This document shows, piece after piece, positions 13,080 through 23,353 of a DNA stretch of 64,000 bases. The translations under genes and the position numbers were made by a program. The number at the start of each line of letters is the position of its first letter. The first letter of the stretch is position 1. The DNA is from Amphiscolops sp. MND2022 (Eukaryota): assembly GCA_964187785.1 (NCBI GenBank), contig OZ076414.1, forward strand, positions 24,490,001 to 24,554,000, in the 5' to 3' direction. The notes beneath the pieces are model-generated. The model was not told the origin of the DNA, searched no databases, and was given only the letters and a program-made list of their open reading frames with translations.

Positions 13080-16000
13080 TTCCATGGAAATCTGTCATTC
13101 CATTTTCATGGAATAAAGATTTTCAAAACATTTATTGAACGTTGTAGATCGATTCCAGATGGATGTAACAAACGTTGTCTTTTATTGTTCAACTTGGTGT
13201 TTTCTTGGTTTTTTGTTTCGTAAGTGCCTCCCAGTCTAATTGCTCGCTTCATCAGTTCCGCATCCATTTCGGCAATAACTTCTCTGCTCCTCTTGTTCGA
13301 GCGTGATGGATCAAATACCATCCGTTGTGTTTGCGGATGCTCGCGGCGTCTCAGTGTCTGGGGCCGGGTTATTGCGTTCCTCTGCTCGATAAGTCTTTGC
13401 GTCTCTGGTCTGTAGTTTCGCCTCCTAATAATCTCCATTAGCCCCCAAAAGTAGAAATTTTATCAGTTGAATTTTATGTGGCAATTTTCTATGAAGAAGG
13501 ACAGAATTTTGGCGTGCTAATATCGGGTCACTCGGGTGTAGTTCTTATATGGTAGGGTGTAGTCCCTAACAGATTTCTGCTGGGATAATTCGTGAATTTC
13601 AAATTGCTGCCTGTGTTATGCTGTATTGCAATATCAAAGTGAGTTGAGCGATTTACCTACCTGGTTAGTTTTGCGCTATATTGCTCGTTAATCGGCTTTT
13701 TGATCAATGGTTCCAATGGTTGGTGGTCCGTATAGAGATAATGTTTCTTTCCGTGGTAGTGAAATCGGAATTTCGCTAGTTTCACACAATCGCCAATAGT
13801 TCCAATTCACCGATAGAATATTTCATCTCGGTCTCCTTTAGTTATCTACCTCCCTATGCTTTTGGTTTTGTGTACTCGTCATTTTGTTTCAGCCATAGCT
13901 TTATGCCTGATGTTGGCATCAGTTGTTACTATGTTGTCATTGCCGTCTGCGTAATGAATTAGAGATGTACCTCCGATCAACAATTGTTTCATTTTCCTGG
14001 TGTATTTGTCTTGTTCACCTTTTAATTGTTTGGTTCACTTTTTCAACAAACTCCGGGGTCTTTATGTTTTTTCCTAAAGTTTCGGTAAATGTTCAGCCAA
14101 AAATTGTATGGCTACAAAAAATGATTTTAGGTCTTTTATGTTTTTTGGTGATTTTAATTTACATAGCTTGCGACGCTTTCTTCATTGGGTTTTATTCAGT
14201 TCTCACGCAGTCCGTGACCTCACCATTTAGTTTAGTTCATGAAGAATTCAGATTTTTTTCTGCTTGCACAGTAATTGGTTCTTCGAAGTTGCTTTCGGAC
14301 GTCAAAGAGTTTCTTTTCATGTTCTTATTTGTCCCGCGGGTCACGACAATTATTTCGTCTGGCCCAATTGGTGTGCAATATACGAGAATTCGCTAAATTT
14401 TTCTTCAAATAACTTTGGTAATTCGGCAAGTCCGGAAAATCTTTTTTGAATCTAAAGCAATCCCCGATAATTTTCCTTCAGGATAATACAAATGCGCTTT
14501 GTCGTTTTTTCCTGGTATACATTTTTTTGCCAGTAGGCGTAAATCTGATCTACTTTTGAGAAGATTAGTTGTGTTGTTGTTCGGTATCCAGTTATTTCCA
14601 CCGAACTTTGGTTTGGTAATTTTTCCATGTTCAGCACGTGGGGTCTCATTTTGAAGCAACTGTCCTTGAGTTGTCTGGAGTCGAGTGCAAATCTCACCAA
14701 TGTATCACTTTTTACCATGATTCCTACACTTGACACAACCTTGTCGACACCTTTGTTTTCTCCAGGCTTCCGGTTTTAATTAGCTTCTTTAGTTCTCACC
14801 CGTAATGTCTTGAGAAATATTTATGGTATCATCTGGGGTTTTTGTTTAACTGGATGGTTTAACTCTCCGGGATATGAATGGATCTTTACTTCGGTGTCTT
14901 TCATTGTTTCGTTGTTTTTAAGTAGGTCTGGAAATCCCTTATGGATCTCCTCTTTTTCTGCTGAGTTTTTCTCGGCCAATTGTATTCTTCCGATTGTTAT
15001 CTTGATAATTTTCATCCAGTCCATTCAAAGTAATGGTGTTATGTGGGTTCTTTCGGTGATTAGTGATTTGTATTCCACGTTTGCCGGAATCGTTCCCCGA
15101 ATCTTTGCTTCAGTTTTGTTTTTGTCATGGTTTCTATTTGTTATTCTTTGTATTCAAGTTGATTTCAGTGTGTCATTGTCTTGTGGCAGTATTGGTATTG
15201 GTGATCCGGTGTCTATCATGAATTTTTTCTTTATTCTATTCATATTCACTTTTGTGGCGAATGTTTACTTCGTCGATTGTGTTTACTTCGTCTATGTGGA
15301 GTATACACTTCTCATTCGCTTGATCTACGGTTGTTGAAGTTCTTCTTTGGTTAGTATGTTCACTGTTCAGTTGTTTTCGAATCCTTGTCTGCGAGTTTTC
15401 ACGAAATGACCTATCTTTCCTCGTTTGGTATAACTTGCGTCTACTGTGGGGCGTGAGTGTATCGGTTACCAGTTTGGGGCATTGCAAAATCAACATGCCT
15501 GGTTTGCAAATGTTTTTTATTTGGGCGTGTCCCGATTGTTTCCATTCCTTGTATCCGTTCTTGCTTTTTTCCGTTTTACTTTCGTTTTCACTGAATGAGT
15601 GGTTCGTATATTGTAATCGTCTTGTTTTTTCCTCATATGTTTTCCGTTTGATCGATTCAATTGTTTTCTTTAACTCTAACGTCTTAACTTTCATCAGTTT
15701 GTCTTGTACTTTTTTGTCGGTTTTCGCGGTCATTCATTTGATATCAGTTTTTTATACTGTCCGGGGTTCCATTTTCTATTAGGATCGGGTTTGTTGATAG
15801 AGTGTTTCCGGCCTCACTCCCCGAATAAAGTCTCACGTTTTTTGTTCCTTTCCGGTGCAGCTGGATGCTCTAATGTCTTTTCGTTTCAGTAGTGGTGTGA
15901 TATCAATTTCATGTTCCCGTTTTGTAAATTGTCGAAATTTTCTAGCCACTGTCTCGTCGTGAATACCGGGTTTCCCTCCGAAGCCTTCGCTCCTAAATTC

Positions 16001-16200
16001 GGTACCGTGTTTTTCTCTGCTGTAAGATTACAATTTGTTTAAAACTTGGCCGACTTTCCCATTTTTCTACAAATCTAAAGGCTGAGCAAAAAGATCGGTG
16101 TAAAATGAAGTTTCTGTTTCTAGTCTTGTAACGTTTCCGTATCATATTCTGGTGTAGTTTCTATATGTTTTTGAGTTTGTTTGTAAACAATCCCTGGTCT
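13080..16200 (-). mobile_element. Degenerate Gypsy element D (gag, RT, RNase H remnants), different family from A/B/C
   Basis: Minus-strand remnants: gag-like FRQFTKREHEIDI (~15900), RT VKSDTLVRFALDSRQL (~14700), DEIIVVTRG (~14350), RNase H end AKLTR.VNRSTHFDIAIQHNTGSNLKFTNY (~13650). Many stops and frameshifts. Confidence 0.8.
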
Positions 16201-16550
16201 TCTAGACGATGTATAAACCGAAACTCGGTAGAGGCCAGGAACCGAGAGGAACCGAATATAACATATCTTTCGTCCTAAAGTTAGGTGGTTTCTTCAGTGC
16301 CCAGCACGCTGTATCAGACTTGTTTCGAAGAGCGGCGTTTCTTCTATGCGACTTTCTAATTCGCTTTTGTTCTTGATTGTTTTTAGAAACGAAACGTTTT
16401 GCGAACATAGAGGACTCCTTAGGGTTTTTGTTACTGTGACTCACCGGAGACAGACTTTTTTTCACTGTAAAAATGAAATTCAAAACAGTGTTCTTTTGCG
16501 AATTTGAAAAACTTTACTCCTTTGTGCTTGTGTCGTTCACCGCATTCGTT

Positions 16551-16629
16551 CAAGTATGAGGTTTATTTCGTTGACTTAAGTCCTTCATATACAACTACAA
16601 TGTGCTCAACGAAATAAACCCCATACTTG
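16551..16629. repeat. Short inverted repeat / hairpin (24-bp arms, 1 mismatch, 31-nt loop)
   Basis: CAAGTATGAGGTTTATTTCGTTGA at 16551-16574 pairs with TCAACGAAATAAACCCCATACTTG at 16606-16629. Confidence 0.85.
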
Positions 16630-16847
16630 CTTGTCTTGTCTACGAATTAACAAGCCGGGAACGACCTAAGTTCAAAGGAGTAAAGTTTTTCAAAGAAACA
16701 AAAGGACAATTTAATTAAATTTCAAATTTACAATGCCAAAAACACCGGAACGGAAATGCATAAGGCTCAAAAAACACTTTTTCCCTAACTGGAAACAGCA
16801 AAAAACCCATCTTGCTTAACCGAAATTTTCAATTTTAAAAAAATTGC

Positions 16848-18623
16848 TGCCATAAGCATCGTCTTTGGGGTCGTCATTAAAACGGTTAAGGAATAGCTCA
16901 CTTTTCGAATTTTTTCTGGCCTTTTCATTCCGCAGAACTTCGGTTTTTATTTCCGCTGTCTCAGCTGGAACGTTCCATCCTTTCTGTGTCACATGTCCTG
17001 ATCAGGTCATGATGGCATTTTGGATGTGGGGCAATACCTGACTATTGATGACATCATTAATTGCCCTCTGACTCTGAACACTGAGACTATTCATCATCTC
17101 GTCCATCTCCCTAGATATTTCTGAAGTTTATTTCAATTGATAATTTGATGATCTCAACACTAGAGTCAGCACTTGTAGAATTTTGGCCGAGACAGGCGTT
17201 GTTACTAGATCCGGTCTCTGTAGGATTCAAGTATGAATTTTCTTCATTGTTTTCAAAAAATTGCTGTTAGAACTTTCAGGTCTTCTAGCAAGATTGCTAC
17301 TCACACCTTCCTCTCTTTCCGTGCGTCCCTCACCTAGCATTATGTTTAAGTTCTCTATATCTGAGAACATTTCTAGTCCTCTCGATTTCTAGCCTTTTTG
17401 TGATTTCTAGTAGTAGGCATTGAAGAGAACCCGAGCGAGAACTTTTATATTAATCCCGTTCGAAAACTCAAATGAGAGTAATAAACTGAACAGTTTTAGG
17501 TATCACACTAAGTCGAAGCAAGGAAAATTGGATTGTGTCCTTCTCAGGCAAAACAGGGGTATATAAACTCCTGAGAAGGTGACAGTCACATTTATACATT
17601 ACTGAGTTAGTAAAATGGCATTCCAATTGCATTTCATCAGCTTGAACCACATATTTTCCAAACAACAAATTCCCCAAAAAGCACATGACCAAAGTGGTTG
17701 ACCAACATTAACACAACTCTTTAATAGCAGCGTCAGCGCCATCAAAGCACCTTTAAGAATTTGGCCTGATCGGGAAAAAACCTAGGGAAAACATCATCTA
17801 AATATTGACATCAACAAATTCCAACACCTCTACTATCACAATGGTATTAAAAATAGGTATCAACAATTTTAACTCTATTTTCAAACGTAAAACAAGTGCA
17901 TGCTCGGTTAAATACTACACAAATTTTCATGTTTCAAGTTTCTGACTTTAATCTGGGAGAAGCTGAGTCTAAAATGAATGTATCTTTCACCACCATTGAT
18001 CTAAAGATTTATACACCAAAGCTAGCACCTCTAAGTAATAAATCATCGCTAAGTAGCTTTTATTTACTGTAACAAACAAAAGAAACGTTCCGGGTGTTAC
18101 AATGACTAATCAATTAATATAGTAGCACATTTTGAGCGATCACAAATAATTGGCCGTAACCGGCTACTTGACTAGAAAGCTACTATTTACTGCTTTTATC
18201 TAGTCAATTGGCTGTATTCGGCCCATACTAATAACACTTCAAAATAATACTAATTGTACTGCTCTGTGATTGGCTAGAATGTAGCTGGCAAGTAACGCTG
18301 CCGAGAAAGTTTCCGCACTCGAACACGTTTCCTTTCTACTGCTTAGCTTGTTACTCTAACTTGCCTTTACCAGTTTGTAAATCTTTAGATTCCTGTCTAT
18401 TATTCAACAACGGTTAACAGACTAAAGGACTGAACCAATTAAAATAGCAACGTTTCTAAAGTAGAATAACAGGTAAAATTGTTTGATTAGGAGAGTTTTA
18501 GTTTATATTTCAATAGATAGGAGGAAGAGTTCCGGGTGCTATTTCCGAAATATGGTCATTTGAAGTCCAGGTCATTTGATGTAGTAGACACTCTTGTGCC
18601 ATCACAGGCGGCAGCCTGCGACA
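16848..18623 (-). mobile_element. Solo LTR (1776 bp) with 5-bp target-site duplication
   Basis: Minus-strand termini TGTCGC...ATGGCA; ATTGC flanks both sides (16843-16847 and 18624-18628). Contains a degenerate basic/coiled ORF starting MPTTRNHKKAR (~17385) that runs toward the LTR end. Confidence 0.75.
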
Positions 18624-19201
18624 ATTGCCTCTAAAATGAAGACTTGCTTATCTTTTCTACTTATTTTCAATTCAAGGATTCTGAACTCCCTATTTTTCGG
18701 TTTCAAACGGCAATAGTGTCATAAAACAGTAATGCTCGTTTTCACATCTGATTTTTTTCTTGAAATTTCGTATAGTAGTTGTATATCTGCTTGAATCAAC
18801 TTGAAGCTTCATGCTCAGAAATCAAATTGCACACCATGAAACTTGACATTGAAGTATTTCGGTACCTTTTCTGAAACTTGATAAAACCGTAGCTTAAGTG
18901 AACACCAAGACAAAGCATCGAAAAGCTATTGAATTGGTGGAAAACTTATTGTTAAAAAGTTTGTTTTATTAAAGTTGTACTTCCTAAATAAAATTTGACT
19001 TCAGTCAGCAAAGTGAATGGCAATATTTAAAATTACAAAAGATTCATAAAACGGCGATTCAAAAAACAGAAATAAAACACGAAGTTCCCAGACTATCATA
19101 GTTCTCTAATGAAAACAAACTGCAACTTGCTAAGATTTCGCTCCAAGTGGGAATCCTGCTGACAAAGGACCGCCAAAAGACACGAACTGGAAAAAACCAT
19201 G

Positions 19202-19640
19202 TCAAAGATCTACGCTGGGTTGTGCGCATGACTTCAGAGCATTGCAGGGGCTGAGGGGCCGCGACGCCCGTTGAGATAGAAAAACATCATCGTCCCCCAT
19301 GCTGAGAACAGGAGCCCATCTTGATGTCAACAGGACCATCGACAACTGCGGGTTGTTCACCAAATATAGGGTCGAGAAAACTTTCATGGCCTGAAGTTTT
19401 TTCAGGCTGAGATTGTGGGATAAAAAGCAGTATGATTTATTCTGAACTCTGATCACTTCGTAATCTATCTTCTCGTTGTTTGTCATCTTGGGAACTGCCT
19501 CTTTGATTTTAGAGATGAGTTTTTTGTTGCTTGTGAACTTGCTCGGCTTCTTTCGACACAACGGACACGTTATAGTCTTCGCAAAGCACTTCCATTTGAC
19601 AAAATATGCAAAAAAATGTAAAAAGCTTTCAACTGTAAAA
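19202..19640 (-). pseudogene. Gene fragment with a RING-finger-like C-terminal half (KWKCFAKTITCPLCRKK)
   Basis: In-frame extension upstream of ORF 19202-19561 gives H..F..VKW.......TCPLCR; possible acceptor TTTTACAG near 19635. Confidence 0.4.
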
Positions 19641-19871
19641 GTGGGAGTTTTGTTATTGGCTCGTTAGTATTGGGTAATGGAATTATTCGGCTCTTCAAAA
19701 ACATACAATTTTCTATGAAATTTCTAGGGCTCACTTACTGATACTTGTATTCAACTACTTGTACTCAAACACACTTCGAAGTTTCACATTCCAAATTTAT
19801 AGCTCTATGAAACAACAGCTGGACCTGAAAGCTATTGAATTTGACAAATTTCGATCTCCTGACCAGTCTTT

Positions 19872-20297
19872 TTTAGTCGGCGCTTCATGAAGTGAAACGC
19901 GACTATACTAGTGACTTTTCCCAGTTTTTCAGCATTATGAGTCTTTTCGAATTTTTTTCACCGAAGTGCCCCCTTCATTTTTTTGATGTTTTGCGACAGA
20001 ATGGATGATGAAAAATCCCAAAGGGTCCCCCTTTCAGTTTTTTACGGCATTGTGAGACTTTTTTTCGATAAATTTTGAATGTCTTCAAAGGGCCCCCTTC
20101 GTTTTATTTGATGTTTTGCGACAGAAATGAAAAATCCGAAAGAGTTCCCCTTTTCAGCTCCAATTCGGTCCAACTTTTGGGTTTTTCGGGTACCGTAAAA
20201 GAAAATACTTGACACTTTTGTGTCACACTTTTGTGATACAGAAATCTTTTTGCTGTTTCTGAACCTTCGATACGGCTTATGCCGTTCCCGGCTTGTT
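19872..20297 (-). mobile_element. Non-autonomous Helentron (HINE)-like element
   Basis: TTTAGTCGGCGC..GCGACTA hairpin end at 19872 and AACAAGCCGGGAACG end at 20297; internal AAAGGGTCCCCC repeats shared with other copies. Confidence 0.65.
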
Positions 20298-20379
20298 GCA
20301 TGTCCTTTCAAGTGATCAATCAATATCAAGCAACAGATCAGATGAAGGAACAGTTAAAAAGGGAAGGGGGTGTGCAAAA

Positions 20380-20552
20380 GTGGAAGTGGGGTGGGAGGGT
20401 GCCTTGATGAGCCAGGTGGAGATACACTGGTTGCAGAAGGTGTGGCCACACGGGTGCAGAGTGTAGGGATCCATGAGCAAGAGGCGACACACAGAGCACA
20501 GCAGTTCTTCTTCCACCGACTGCAACAACGCCGAATGACGCGTACTGGGACC
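20380..20552 (-). pseudogene. RING-HC (C3HC4) zinc-finger exon, lacking the final CxxC
   Basis: EEELLCSVCRLLLMDPYTLHPCGHTFCNQCISTWL after the acceptor TTATGTAG; no terminal CxxC and no clear donor. Confidence 0.65.
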
Positions 20553-20820
20553 TACATAATTAAACACACACTAAACTTTCGTTAAATTAATCTGGAAACT
20601 GGAAAGGTATCAGGATTTGATATTCTTTTTTTTCAAAAAATTTCCAACAATTCTTTTTCAGCATCAATATTTTGTACATTACTTTTTGTACTGCAACCCA
20701 TTAGTTTTTTTAACGTTTCAAATGTTGCTAAAATTCTTCCAAGGTTGTTTTTTACTGAGAAAACATCAGTCAATATTTGTAGAGTACCGAAAAATGTACC
20801 ATGAATGTCGCGAGAATTGA

Positions 20821-21350
20821 CTAGTATAATATCAGAGCCGCATACGCGGTAACCGAGTCGCCTAAGGTGTCGTTCCTTCCGACTCGCTCCAATCCCAGTT
20901 ATACGAATTTATTTAAATTGCACATATGGGACTCTAATATGGTGTATAAAATGACTGTAGAAAATTTCGTTCGAATCGCATGGACAGTTTTTGAGAAAAT
21001 TGAAAAAAGTCAAAAAATGGCTGTTTTTGGGCTAATTTTGGCCATTTTTGGGCAATTTTGGCTATGTTTCTCACATTCCAGTCATACGATTTTGATGCCT
21101 TTGAGCACGCAGGGGCTCCTTCTGGTGTAGAATGACTGTGCAAAATTTTATGAAAATCGTATGGACAGTTTGAGAAATTTGAAATTTTCATTAAAAGGTT
21201 GGGAGAAAAAAACGACACGATTGCATAAGTCGAAAATTTTTTCCGACTCCTAAAAATTTGAAATAACTTGTCATGAACAGTCGAAAATGAGCAAAAGAGG
21301 CCGACGTCTAAACGTTTTTGAGAATTAATATCGATACGCAACCTTCATTC
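20821..21350 (-). mobile_element. Probable non-autonomous Helitron (3' end at 20821; 5' end not defined)
   Basis: Minus strand: CCGC-GTAT-GCGG hairpin, 13 nt, terminal CTAG followed by T; internal CGAATCGCATGGACAG/CGTATGGACAG duplication. Confidence 0.45.
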
Positions 21351-21358
21351 AAAAATTT

Positions 21359-21582
21359 GGTACTCCTGACTAAGTGTGGTCCCAAGCGATTTCTCCTAAG
21401 TGTGGTCCCTATTTTATAAGTGTGGTCCCTGCATTGTTTGTCGGAATTTTTATTATTACGTGGTCAGCTATGTTCACATGCCCCTAGTGCCCTAAATGCA
21501 GGAGCGAAGCGAAGCGGAGTGACCGTGCCATATGGCCATGCCTCAATGTTGCTAACCTCTTCCACACTTAGTCAGGAGTACC
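21359..21582. mobile_element. MITE, 224 bp, with 21-bp TIRs and 8-bp TSD (Merlin-like signature)
   Basis: TIR GGTACTCCTGACTAAGTGTGG / CCACACTTAGTCAGGAGTACC; AAAAATTT on both sides; three internal TAAGTGTGGTCCC copies. A related internal fragment lies at ~51970-52055. Confidence 0.88.
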
Positions 21583-23066
21583 AAAAATTTTTTACCTCTG
21601 CGATTCATGACCAGAGCCAAAAGAAGCTGGGATCGAAACGAAGAAAAAGATGCTGCGAACAAAGGCCCCGACAGACGTGTTTCCAATATTGAAAGCCTTA
21701 AAATAAACTATAAGGTGAACCAAAAAATGGAACGCATAAAAGTTTGCGTCTTTGATACCGCATCATTTGTAAACAAAACACCAAAATTCATTCAATTTTT
21801 CTGTCAATCAATTGAAAGGAGCTCTTAGTACGTAATCGCATCTTCAACTAAGGATGGCTCGAACAATCTGAAAAAGTCTAGACATCGCTACCCGTCATTT
21901 TTGATGTTTGAAAAGTTTTCTGCACAAAAGAAAAAGTTTCCAATTTGAATAATTGACAGCAGCGTTCATAAGTGTTGAGAAACGTTTGTTGACAAATATT
22001 TGAAACTTTGTGAGGTCTGAAAATTTTATGCATTCCCGTTTTTTTTGGTTCACCTAGTAGTTGTCCCAAGAAAAGGAACAAAAGCACTTGTTGACAAATA
22101 ATGCTCTTTTCAGGTCGCAAAAAAATGAGCGTCCCGTTTTTGAGTCACCTAGTATTCGTATTAATGCACACATCATATTTTCCGATCAAATCAAATACCA
22201 AACATGAGTAAACGAAACATCAAAATGTGTATCTCTCAAAACGAAGTGTCAGATAGAATTTAGCGGGCCATCAAAAAATGCATACACGTTCTCAAATTGC
22301 CTGTGATTGAAAAAAAGGTTTTGATGACGAATACTTTAGGTACGTTCAGAGTCCGCGCCTGTCACTTTTGTCAGCTTTTGACCTACAAACTGTTGACGAA
22401 AAAGAAATGAAACTAAGACTCTTTGACAACTTTTTCACCAATATTTTGTGACAAATTTGCGAGAATATTATTGTTTGCTACTTTTCAAATCAATTAAAAT
22501 CTAGAACTGATCAGAAAATACTTGTCTGATAAGGTTGTTAGAATAATCTCATGATCATGAATTCGCAAGATTCGATTGATGCTGGAGGTTTTCATTCGAA
22601 AAGTTTCAAAAAAAATTGTGTGACAACGTTTTGCACCGAAAGTTATTTTCCGCCTCTAATTCGATATTAGACGGGAATATTTCAGAGCCGCGCTTCTCTT
22701 CAAAATTTGCCTTGTTCTTTGCCTAAAGTATTACCCAAATAAAAAGGTTCACCTGACAATCATAGTTTCGTATGATTTGTGACTTTTTGTGACTTTTGAA
22801 TTTGAGATTTTTGGACTTTTTGTTCGTTACCAAAATGACGCCAAAAACGCCAAAGATTTCCAAAATTTTCCAATTTTCAAGTTTTCTTTGCAATTTTTTT
22901 GCAGTCGGCGTTATTTCTTGTTCGGCGAGCTACAATATTCAATACACTTCAGGACCAAAAAGAAACGGCAACACAAAGTTTTTTCGAAGTGGGATCCGAA
23001 GAATAATGATTGAAGGACCTTAAATTGACACGAAAAAAGTTTCAGAAAATGGCATTTTGAACCGTT

Positions 23067-23340
23067 TTTGGTCGGCGCATTTTAGAGAAAAGAGCGCGAT
23101 TGTTCCAGTGGCTAAGTTTGTTTTTCGTCAGATAACAGAATGCATGCGTAGTGGACACTTTTTACAAAAACTACTAAACTACTGAACCAGCCAGCGGAAA
23201 CGCATATAAGTTAGTGCAAAGAGGCCCCTCTTTCATTTATTCCATTTTTAACATAACATACTAAACCGAACGAGACTAAAGGGTTCCCCTTTCAATTTTT
23301 TTGGCGCTGTGAGACATTTCGAGGTTTGAGGGTTCGAAAA
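23067..23340 (-). mobile_element. Helentron-like element, partial
   Basis: TTTGGTCGGCGCATTTTAGAGAAAAGAGCGCGA hairpin end and AAAGGGTTCCCC internal motif. Confidence 0.5.
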
Positions 23341-23353
23341 GATTGCCCTACAA

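Noticed and set aside
12591-13080. Possible coding fragment right after the A LTR (IFTNDNQPLWGNFSF...)
   Set aside because: Short, no motif and no homolog in the window; cannot be supported.
13923-15782. Hydrophobic plus-strand ORFs suggesting membrane proteins (also 27945-28469)
   Set aside because: T-rich reverse complements of A-rich decayed gag/pol of elements D and E.
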